Shown here: in pieces, positions 39,177 through 47,900 of the stretch
Layout of the letters: each line of letters starts with the position of its first letter
How positions within the stretch are numbered: the first letter of the stretch is position 1
DNA from: Parcubacteria bacterium C7867-008
GTDB lineage: Bacteria > Patescibacteriota > Minisyncoccia > Phycocordibacterales > Phycocordibacteraceae
Direction of reading: 5' to 3'
Assembly (NCBI GenBank): GCA_001189215.1
Contig: LFCR01000006.1
Location: 840 to 64,839, forward strand
Length of the DNA stretch: 64,000 nt
Program-made: the position numbers and the translations under genes
The notes under the pieces: model-generated
The model's database searches: none
What the model was told of the DNA's origin: nothing
What the model saw: only the letters and a program-made list of their open reading frames with translations

Positions 39177-40211
39177 ATGAGAAGTGATATCTTTCTTTCG
39201 CGTCCGGGACCTCGAGTATCTTCGAGGTATTTAGTAATTCCCAACCGATATTCCTTCAAGTTGGTTCGTAGTGTCCGTCAGCCAAAGGAGGCGCCTGCAG
39301 TGTCTTCTGAGTTTGCTCCAGCAACTATCCGTGAATCTGTAGTTGCTGAAGTAGTAGCACAGGTTGTTCTAGATGCGGAAGTACGTGAAGTGGTACGTGT
39401 TCCAGGAAAAGGCAGCAAAAAGAATAAAAAGGAGGTTTCTGAACGAGTTGATGAGAGCAAACGACTATTCCTTCGTTTAGCTGGTATTGCAGGTCTCGGT
39501 GTAGTGGCATCAACGGTCCTCCCTAAAAATGCTCAGGCATATGTAATGGGAAGCTCACCAACCTCTGGAGTAGTGGGTCTAAAGAATGGATCTAATGTAC
39601 GTGTCGATCCTGCTACCGAAGGAGGTAACCTGGCTTCAATAAAGACCAATACAGATCCGCTTGTATCTTCTGGCGGAGGTGGGTATGTGCGCCAGGACTC
39701 TACCGCAACCATTGCAAAAGAGACGGGAGGTAATCTTGCCACAATAGCAGGAAAGGATTTTGCTACGGAAGCAACTCTCGCAGAGATTAAGGCACAAACT
39801 GACAAGTTCACCTTCAGTGGCAGTAACCTTCTTACGTCAGGTGGGGGAGGGGGCGGCGGTGCTGTTACGGTTAACGACACCACTGACACACAGATCAATC
39901 CAGCCACTGATGAGGGAGTCACGCTCTTACGTAGGCTTGTTAAGCAATCTGATTCGTTGGCGGTGGTGGATTCAGCACAGCGTCAGAAGGTAACCATCGA
40001 TTCAATCAGTGGATCACTCACTCTTGGTACGATAACAACCGTGGGTACAGTGACGGCAGTTACCACGGTTTCTACCGTAACCACCGTTGGTACCGTTACT
40101 TCTGCTACCAACCTGGTTGCTCTAGGAGGTGTTGATGGAAGATATCTACATATAGATACGGCGAGGAACATGTATGCTAATGGTATACGGAGCAATTTGG
40201 CATTCTCCTAA
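39177..40211 (+). CDS. Secreted Thr/Gly-rich repeat protein with internal twin-Arg-like (KR) signal
   Basis: ...SERVDESKRLFLRLAGIAGLGVVASTVLPKNAQA/Y has n-region KR-x-F-L-R, an h-region and AQA cleavage site, like a Tat signal. It lies about 95 codons into the ORF, so the true start is probably an internal GTG near 39.39-39.41 kb. Features include GGGGG linkers, repeated NLA(S/T)I motifs and a C-terminal (T-V-G)n tract. Confidence 0.4.
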   Translation: MRSDIFLSRPGPRVSSRYLVIPNRYSFKLVRSVRQPKEAPAVSSEFAPATIRESVVAEVVAQVVLDAEVREVVRVPGKGSKKNKKEVSERVDESKRLFLRLAGIAGLGVVASTVLPKNAQAYVMGSSPTSGVVGLKNGSNVRVDPATEGGNLASIKTNTDPLVSSGGGGYVRQDSTATIAKETGGNLATIAGKDFATEATLAEIKAQTDKFTFSGSNLLTSGGGGGGGAVTVNDTTDTQINPATDEGVTLLRRLVKQSDSLAVVDSAQRQKVTIDSISGSLTLGTITTVGTVTAVTTVSTVTTVGTVTSATNLVALGGVDGRYLHIDTARNMYANGIRSNLAFS

Positions 40212-40217
40212 TTCTGT

Positions 40218-43055
40218 ATGGCACTTACCAACAACCTTAAACCGCAAGTAGATCTCCCCGTCTGGGAGTGGTGTCGCTTTGCGCCTACGGCATCAGTGGC
40301 CTTGTCTGCATTCGCTACGGCTGATGATGGTAGTGCTCGACATATCTACTACATCTCTGCTTCAACCTTCTATCGCTATGATACGTATGCAGATTCTTGG
40401 CAGCAGCTTGCAACCCCTAACGTAGCACCGCTCACCACTCTCGCACTCAGGTACACCGGATATCGCGGGTACCATGGTCGAATTCTCAGTGCCGGCGCAA
40501 CAAGTGTTCAGATAGGTGGTCTTCGCGGGAACACCCTCAACGGAAAAACAATCAGAATACTCAGTGGCTCTGGTATCGGACAAGACCGTGTCCTTACTTC
40601 CACGGGTGAGACGGTACACGACATGGGGGTTATCACAGGAACTACCACACTCACCCTTGCTGACTCCACTAAGAAATGGAAATTCAATCAATGGTCTGGA
40701 TATACCGTTGGTATTACGTTCGGAACAGATGCCACACAGTATAAGAAGATCCTGTATAACGACACCACGACGCTCTATATAGGTGATGCAAACCTACAGC
40801 CTCATGATCCATGGAATAATCAGGCATTTGCTGCTGTGGCACCATATGCGGTACCAGTTACCACCGCCGGTTCGCAAGCGCACTATCAGATTCTTTCTAT
40901 GAGTTACTCGGTTGCTGCGTGGGACACTACACCTGATTATCGTTCGAACTACACAACGGCAACAGGTGGACTGTATCTCATTTCTTCTTCAGCATCAGCA
41001 CCTTTCTTTACTCTGCAGTACTACGACATCATTCATGATTCCTGGCAGACCAAGACGTGTAACCAAGGACTACTTGCAGCGGCATTGGGTACAGACTGTA
41101 CCTTTGAACGTTTGGCAAAAACGGGAACAGCCTTTCTAAGCTCGACCGCTACGGCGGGTGCCGCACGTACTCTTACTGATACGGTGCAGACTATGACAGT
41201 CGATAGATACTCGAATTATCGACTTCTCATTACAGGAGGTACAGGCGTGGGACAAAGTAGGAGAATAATTTGTAATACAGCAACTGTCTTCACACTAAAC
41301 AAAGCCTGGGATACCAACCCAGACAACACTTCAACCTATGAAATATGGGGTGATTATGACAAAGCATTCCTCGCTGGAGGTGCAGCGGGTGCCATGTATC
41401 AATATTCCCCAAGCAACGATTTCTGGATGCAGGGTAGCAGTTTTGATGATGGTGTGGTTGCAAACATAGCCGTTAAGATGAATGGTTGGGAGGCATTAGG
41501 TGTAACAACTGGCGCCAGAATTGCAGCCGGTGTTACCGCCGTTAACGCAACACCAACAGCAGGCGGTACGGGTTATCTAGTAGGGGACATCCTGACTTGT
41601 TCTGTCGGTGGTACTGGTGCACGTGTGATTGTTACCGCAATTGCACCCACGGGTATTGTTTCGACAATAGAACTTGTGGCATCGGGTACGGTGACGGGCT
41701 TTACAACGGGTACTGGAAAGGCGACCACGGGTGGTACTGGATCAGGTTGTACGATTGAAATAACATCGATTGGTGCAACCTGTCTTATTACAACCGCATC
41801 AGCAAGCTGGTTTAAGACAGGAGATTCAGTAACATTCTCAGGATGTTCTGATGGTGCATACAATGCGGCACACACTATCCTTGGTGCAGGCTCAACCACC
41901 ACATTTGATGTTGCAACCTCTGCAGCAGGTTCTATGGCCGCATCTAACTCACAATCAACAACGGTTATTGTGGACCCAACGAAGAGCTGGACGGTAAACG
42001 AACATGTGGGTAAGCTTGTGCATCTCTCGGTTGCGGGTACTGCTCCTACCGCTCAGATTCGTTGGATAACGGCTAACACTGCAACCACCCTCACGGTGGC
42101 AACCATCGTTGCTGGTGTAAACGGAACATCGAAGTACGCTATCTATGACTCAAAGGTCTTTGGAACAGATAACCAGTTCAAGCCTGCTAACCAGCAGAAC
42201 TGGGGTCATGCATCTGGTGGTTCAACTACAACACTCGCAGACTCCTCGAAGAGTTGGGTTGTTAACTCTTGGGCAGGGTATAAGTTACGTATTGAGTCTG
42301 GAACTGGTTTTGCATCAGGAATAATCTCAATAACCTCCAATACTGCAACGACACTTACGTATACAACACAGTCATTCACACCAGATGCAACTACTCATTA
42401 CGAGATTGCGGATAGCTGGGGTCTAATGACAGCAGCATCAACAACAACGGTAACTGAGACAGCAACTAAAAACTGGACGGTGAACATGTGGGCAGGTAAG
42501 AGGATCCGTATTAGTGGGGGAACTTCTCCTGGACAAGAGGTCTCTATTACTTCAAATACTGCCACTGTCCTAACAACGGCAACATTAACGCTTCCTGATA
42601 CCACCTCAACGTATGCCATCTTGGGTATACCGGCCCGTGGTGCGGGTACACAGCTCTTATGGATCTGGGGGAATACCGATGCCACAACAAAAGGAAAGTA
42701 TGTTCTTTTGCCAAGAGGTGGCGCATCAAACAGCGCGGATCTTTACGATGTTACGACAGCACGTTGGTTATACGGTTACTTCTTCTCACCTCAAGCTGAA
42801 ACATTCACGACCGGTTCTATGTATGCGTATGACGGTGTGAATACTATATATATGCAGAAGGATGCAACAGGTAGGGTGATGGCGTATGACTTCTCAACAA
42901 ATGCAATCACAACACTAGGCACCATACCGTATGGTCACTCAACGGCGATAATAGGGAACCGCATGGAGATTATAGAAACAACAGACGGTCTGAAGTATTT
43001 GTACATGATGCGACACACAGGATCTGAAGTCTGGCGTATGTTGATATTCTTTTAA
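40218..43055 (+). CDS. Large (945 aa) Thr/Gly-rich protein with five copies of a ~50-aa K(S/N)W-x-VN-x-WAG-x7-GTG-x-GQ-x3-I-x-SNTAT-x-LT repeat
   Basis: Five repeat instances in the translation: TKKWKFNQWSGYTVGI..., SNYRLLITGGTGVGQSRRIICNTATVFTLN, TKSWTVNEHVGKLVHL...ANTATTLTVA, SKSWVVNSWAGYKLRIESGTGFASGIISITSNTATTLTYT, TKNWTVNMWAGKRIRISGGTSPGQEVSITSNTATVLTTA. I recognise no domain. Start 7 nt after the upstream stop. Confidence 0.5.
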   Translation: MALTNNLKPQVDLPVWEWCRFAPTASVALSAFATADDGSARHIYYISASTFYRYDTYADSWQQLATPNVAPLTTLALRYTGYRGYHGRILSAGATSVQIGGLRGNTLNGKTIRILSGSGIGQDRVLTSTGETVHDMGVITGTTTLTLADSTKKWKFNQWSGYTVGITFGTDATQYKKILYNDTTTLYIGDANLQPHDPWNNQAFAAVAPYAVPVTTAGSQAHYQILSMSYSVAAWDTTPDYRSNYTTATGGLYLISSSASAPFFTLQYYDIIHDSWQTKTCNQGLLAAALGTDCTFERLAKTGTAFLSSTATAGAARTLTDTVQTMTVDRYSNYRLLITGGTGVGQSRRIICNTATVFTLNKAWDTNPDNTSTYEIWGDYDKAFLAGGAAGAMYQYSPSNDFWMQGSSFDDGVVANIAVKMNGWEALGVTTGARIAAGVTAVNATPTAGGTGYLVGDILTCSVGGTGARVIVTAIAPTGIVSTIELVASGTVTGFTTGTGKATTGGTGSGCTIEITSIGATCLITTASASWFKTGDSVTFSGCSDGAYNAAHTILGAGSTTTFDVATSAAGSMAASNSQSTTVIVDPTKSWTVNEHVGKLVHLSVAGTAPTAQIRWITANTATTLTVATIVAGVNGTSKYAIYDSKVFGTDNQFKPANQQNWGHASGGSTTTLADSSKSWVVNSWAGYKLRIESGTGFASGIISITSNTATTLTYTTQSFTPDATTHYEIADSWGLMTAASTTTVTETATKNWTVNMWAGKRIRISGGTSPGQEVSITSNTATVLTTATLTLPDTTSTYAILGIPARGAGTQLLWIWGNTDATTKGKYVLLPRGGASNSADLYDVTTARWLYGYFFSPQAETFTTGSMYAYDGVNTIYMQKDATGRVMAYDFSTNAITTLGTIPYGHSTAIIGNRMEIIETTDGLKYLYMMRHTGSEVWRMLIFF

Positions 43056-43057
43056 TT

Positions 43058-43927
43058 ATGAATATTGACTACCTTACACAGCTCCTCACGAACCGACTTG
43101 CAGCGCTCGCACTCGCAAAGGACCAGGCATTTCAGTCTGGAGACCTTGAGCGTATCAATACGGTTGATATTGAGATTGCTGATGTAACCAATACCCTTGG
43201 ACAGCTTCGTCTTCTGTCAAATATAAATATTGCTGCAGCAGCAACGAACACGACCGCAGCTCAGATTGTTTCAACAGGACTTGATGCTGTGCAAAATGTT
43301 GTTCAGGGGCCATCGGCAGGAGCAATCATAAATGGATACGACATTTCTGCGTATGCAACGGACCCCCTCTATGAACAGAAAGTGCAGAACATACTTGATG
43401 CCATGCCACTCTTTGTGACGGCTGATGATATTGACCAGTACATTCAGACCACAGCAGCAGGGAGTTCTGTAACTGGAGCCATGATACTCACGTCAGCTGC
43501 ACAGTACGCAATTGATTCGAGACTCATGATCGCAATCATGCAGAATGATTCACAGTTCGGTACCCAGGGAGTAGGGGCACGAACCAATAATCCAGGAAAC
43601 GTTGGCAATACAGGTACGGCGGAACAAATGTTCCCTTCTTGGGAAGAGGGTGTTGGTGCGGTAGCCAGCTGGCTAAGTAGACACCGAGCAGTAGTTATCG
43701 CCGAAGCGCCAATAGTCGTTGAACCTGTTGTCGAACCTGTTGTCGAACCAGCACCTGCTCCAAAGAAAGTTCGAAAACCAAAGGTAGTACCTGAACCAGT
43801 GGAAGAAATTGTAGTTGACGTACCACCTCCTGTTGAAGAAATACCCCTTCCTGTAGAAGTACCTCTTCCAACGGCGACCACAACCCCCACAGGAACTGAT
43901 GATATTACCACCACTACGCCTGCATAG
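43058..43927 (+). CDS. Hypothetical secreted protein with peptidoglycan-hydrolase-like motifs and Pro/Val/Glu-rich C-terminal tail
   Basis: SAYATDPLYEQKV resembles the YATDPxYxxK block of glucosaminidase/FlgJ-type muramidases. IAIMQNDSQFGTQGVGARTNNPGNVGN resembles their N-x-FG block, but the order is inverted relative to canonical. C-terminal (VEPV)3, PAPKKVRKPKVVPEP and TTTPTGT. Confidence 0.4.
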   Translation: MNIDYLTQLLTNRLAALALAKDQAFQSGDLERINTVDIEIADVTNTLGQLRLLSNINIAAAATNTTAAQIVSTGLDAVQNVVQGPSAGAIINGYDISAYATDPLYEQKVQNILDAMPLFVTADDIDQYIQTTAAGSSVTGAMILTSAAQYAIDSRLMIAIMQNDSQFGTQGVGARTNNPGNVGNTGTAEQMFPSWEEGVGAVASWLSRHRAVVIAEAPIVVEPVVEPVVEPAPAPKKVRKPKVVPEPVEEIVVDVPPPVEEIPLPVEVPLPTATTTPTGTDDITTTTPA

Positions 43928-43949
43928 CCTCTCGTGAGATACTTGGGCC

Positions 43950-44681
43950 ATGGAGGAGATTGATGTATATGTTGCAGAATACGGCGACTACCTAGAAGAA
44001 ATACGTAAGCGACTCTATCGTGTCGTGATAGTGTTTATTGTTTCATTCCTGATTGGCCTTTTCTCCACAAACCTGTTCGTCCACTTCTTCTTAACCTTCC
44101 TTAAGGTTAAGGACGTAATTATAGTTGCCACGTCACCGTTCCAGCTTTTGGATCTTGCCATGACCACAGGATTCTTCCTGGCAACACTTATTACGATACC
44201 GTTTGCTATACAGCAGACTTATACATTCTTGAGTGGGGGGCTGTTGCCACAAGAGCGGAAGATATTCTTCACGCTCATTCCGCTCACGGTCGTCTTGTTC
44301 TGTATTGGATTTACCTACGGATTCACCGTCATGTACTACGCGGTGCAGGTTATTGCCCAAGTGAACATTGGATTTGGTATAGCCAACCTGTGGAATGTTA
44401 CCCAGTTTATCTCGCAAATACTCCTCACCTCAGCTCTACTAGGTCTGATATTTGAATTTCCAATCATATTAACGCTTCTTATACGGCTAGGGGTCTTTCC
44501 GGTGTCATTTCTACGAGCAAAAAGAAGGGTGGCTATTGCCATAATTGTCATTTTTGTTGCTTTACTTCCCCCAACTGATGGACTATCCTTTATGGTAATG
44601 TCCTTGCCGTTGGTGGGCATCTATGAGCTGACGATATTCCTCAACTCATTCTACAAACGGAAAGTACCCTTAGAAAAATAA
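43950..44681 (+). CDS. tatC: Sec-independent protein translocase TatC
   Basis: 243 aa with 6 TM helices. Conserved N-terminal amphipathic region (HLEELRKRL-like: YLEEIRKRLYRVVIV) and typical loop lengths. Confidence 0.8.
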   Translation: MEEIDVYVAEYGDYLEEIRKRLYRVVIVFIVSFLIGLFSTNLFVHFFLTFLKVKDVIIVATSPFQLLDLAMTTGFFLATLITIPFAIQQTYTFLSGGLLPQERKIFFTLIPLTVVLFCIGFTYGFTVMYYAVQVIAQVNIGFGIANLWNVTQFISQILLTSALLGLIFEFPIILTLLIRLGVFPVSFLRAKRRVAIAIIVIFVALLPPTDGLSFMVMSLPLVGIYELTIFLNSFYKRKVPLEK

Positions 44682-44692
44682 CTCTCGCATCT

Positions 44693-44860
44693 ATGTTTGG
44701 ACTCGGATCAAATGAACTGATAATAATTGCAGTCATACTCGTGCTCCTCTTCGGTGCAACTCGCATCCCAGCACTCACCAAAGGTATTGCTGAAGCGATT
44801 CGCGAACTTCGCGGAGCGTTCAAGGACGAAGAGTTTACAGACGGCAAGAAGAAATCCTAA
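44693..44860 (+). CDS. tatA: Sec-independent translocase TatA/E (55 aa, absent from ORF track because it is under 60 aa)
   Basis: Manual translation gives MFGLGSNELIIIAVILVLLFGATRIPALTKGIAEAIRELRGAFKDEEFTDGKKKS. This has the canonical TatA TM helix, hinge (LFG) and amphipathic helix. Confidence 0.75.
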   Translation: MFGLGSNELIIIAVILVLLFGATRIPALTKGIAEAIRELRGAFKDEEFTDGKKKS

Positions 44861-44999
44861 TCTCGCAACGAGACGGATACGGCCTCTAAATCAGTCAGAA
44901 ATGACGGGTATAGGGGCCTTCTTCATGCATTCCTAATGGTAGAATTACAAGAACAGTGACTTTTCCGTAGGGATGAGTATCTGGGGCATAGCGTGTGAT

Positions 45000-47900
45000 A
45001 TGAATCTACATTTTCCCTACAAAGCCTCCAATCACATTCCTGCCTGGCGGGCTTTTCTACTGATACTTACATTTCTCTCACTACCGCTCATAACCTTTGC
45101 TGCATATCAAGAATTTCTCCCGGGCGCTCAAGTGCAAATAGGGGAGTTTGTATACGATGACGACTTCCAAGCAACCACAACGGCAAATTGTACTGTAACG
45201 GTATACGACCCAACAGGAGCGGTTGCGGTAAATGCAGCATCTATGACGGCAACAGCGAACAGCTGGTATTCATACTCATTCACCCCTGATTCTATTGAGG
45301 GTACCTGGCCTGCAATTATGTCTTGCGGGTCTCAACTAAGCGGAGATCTTATAAAAGGCGATAAAACATTTATTGTTACTTCAAACATTGTTTCCTCTAC
45401 ATCAGTAGCAGCACTCGTTAATGCAAACACAGCAACGGTGGTAGCTTCAGCAAGTTCCTCTCTCGCTGCCACATTACCGGTTTCGATATGGGGGTACTCA
45501 GCGCGAACGCTGACATCTTTTGGCACACTCGTGAACGACATCTGGTCTAACGGCACACGATCCCTCACATCAGGGGTCGCAATAGCTAATGATATTTGGG
45601 CTGCAACAACACGCACCCTTACTGGTGCAGGTCTCGACTCAGGTTCACTCGCAGTCCAGTCTGATGTAACAACCGCCTCATCGTCACTAGGCGCTGCAAT
45701 AACAAACTCTCAGACAGCAATTAATGCCAACACCAATGCGACGGTACTCACTGCCACTACGTCTCTTGCAGCGATCATAAATGCTAATACCAATACGATT
45801 GTGGGCACTGCATCAAGTTCAATCGGAAGTTCGCTTGCATCTATTGCGTCATCAATCGTTTCGATCCCAACCAATGTCTGGGCAGCAGCAACACGTACCC
45901 TCACGTCAGGCACGAGTATTGCGGCAGACATTTGGGCTTCAACAACAAGAACCCTCACGGGAGCGGGACTTGATACTGGATCACTTGCGGTACAGTCTGA
46001 CGTAAGTACCGCATCATCATCTCTTGGCGCGGCCATCACAAATAGTCAAGGTGCTATTAATACAAATACAAATACGATAGTAGGTAATGCATCAACCTCA
46101 CTCGGAATTTCACTTACTTCGATCGCGTCATCAATTACTTCCATTCCTGCTAACGTCTGGGCAGCGGGCACACGCACACTCACTGGCTTCGGTACGTTGG
46201 CAGCGGATGTCTGGACGAATGGTACTCGCACCCTTACTGGTGCAGGTCTCGACTCAGGTTCACTCGCTACACTGGGTGATCTAAATACAGCATCCTCATC
46301 GATAACCGCTTCTGTAAACGCAAACACTAATAGCGCTATCCTTACTGCAACATCTTCAATAGCGTCAGTAGTAAATGCAAACACTAATACGATAGTAGGG
46401 AATGCCTCATCATCCCTTGGTACCTCTATTGCAAGCGTGGCATCTTCAATTGCCTCTATCCCAACCAATGTCTGGGCAGCAGCAACCCGTACTCTAACTT
46501 CAGGCACGAGTATTGCAGCAGATATCTGGGCTTCAACAACAAGAACCCTCACGGGAGCAGGCCTAAGTTCAGGCTCACTCGCCGTACAATCTGACGTAAC
46601 CACTGCGTCATCATCTCTCGGTGCTGCGATCACAAACTCTCAGACAGTAATAAACAGCAACACCAACAGTGCCGTACTTGGTGCGTCAACATCACTTGCA
46701 GCAGTGGTTAACGCTAACACCAACACTATTGTTGGGAATGCTTCAACCTCACTCGGCACGACACTTACTTCAATTGCTTCTTCCATCACATCAATACCAA
46801 CCAATGTCTGGGCAGCTGGCACACGTACCCTCACCGGATTTGGCACACTTGCAGCGGATGTATGGACATCAGGAACACGCACTCTCACGGGAGCAGGCCT
46901 AAGTTCAGGCTCACTCGCCGTACAATCTGACGTAACCACCGCTTCGTCATCACTAGGTGCTGCGATCACAAACTCTCAGACAGCAATTAACGCAAACACT
47001 AATGCGACTGCACTCACCGCGAGTACGTCACTTGCAGCTGTTGTAAATGCAAATACGAATACAGTAGTGGGTAACGCATCTACTTCACTTGGCGCATCGC
47101 TTACTTCAATAACATCTTCTATCGCAGCACTACCTGCATCAGTCTGGAACGTTGCTACCAGCACTCTCAATACCGCCGGCTCAATCGGCAAGCAGCTTGC
47201 ACTCAATGTTGACGCTGCAATTTCTAGTGTCACGGGAGGGGTTGGTTCACTTTCAGCTGCCGATGTCTGGGGCTATTCAACACGTACTCTCACCGGAGCT
47301 GGTCTCTCATCAGGATCTCTCGCCGTACAGTCTGACGTAACCACCGCTTCGTCATCACTAGGTGCTGCGATCACAAACTCTCAGACTGCCGTAAATGCAA
47401 ACACAAATAGCGCAGTCCTAACTGCATCAAGCTCGGTAGCTGCAGTTGTTAACGCAAATACCAACACTATTGTTGGTAACGCATCTACATCACTCGGCAC
47501 CTCAATTGCTAGTGTTGCCTCATCAATTGCTTCAATACCTACTAACGTCTGGGCAGCAGGTACGCGCACACTCACTGGCTTCGGAACACTAGCTGCTGAT
47601 GTTTGGGTCAGTGGTACTCGCACACTCACCGGCGCTGGTCTAAGTTCAGGCTCACTCGCAGTCCAGTCTGATGTAACAACTGCATCATCATCTATTGGCT
47701 CAGCCATCACAAACTCTCAGACTGCAATTAATGCGAATACGAACTCTGCCGTACTAACTTCAAGTACATCACTCGCTGCAGTCATTAATGCGAACACTAA
47801 TACTCAGGTACTGAACGCTTCCACGTCTCTTGGAACGACCCTTACTTCAATTGCCTCGTCCATTACGTCTATCCCAACAAACGTATGGGCTGCAGCAACC

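Noticed and set aside
39425-39435. AAGGAGG Shine-Dalgarno-like site inside the 39177 ORF, as a possible internal start
   Set aside because: No in-frame ATG, GTG or TTG lies within 5-12 nt downstream. The nearby TTG/ATG are out of frame, so it is probably just the Lys-Glu-Val codons. An upstream in-frame GTG (~39391-39405) remains a candidate start.
44641-44847. 68-aa minus-strand ORF in the tatC-downstream region
   Set aside because: It overlaps the manually identified tatA on the opposite strand. TatA has the canonical TM-hinge-amphipathic helix and the right genomic partner, tatC, whereas the minus ORF has no features.
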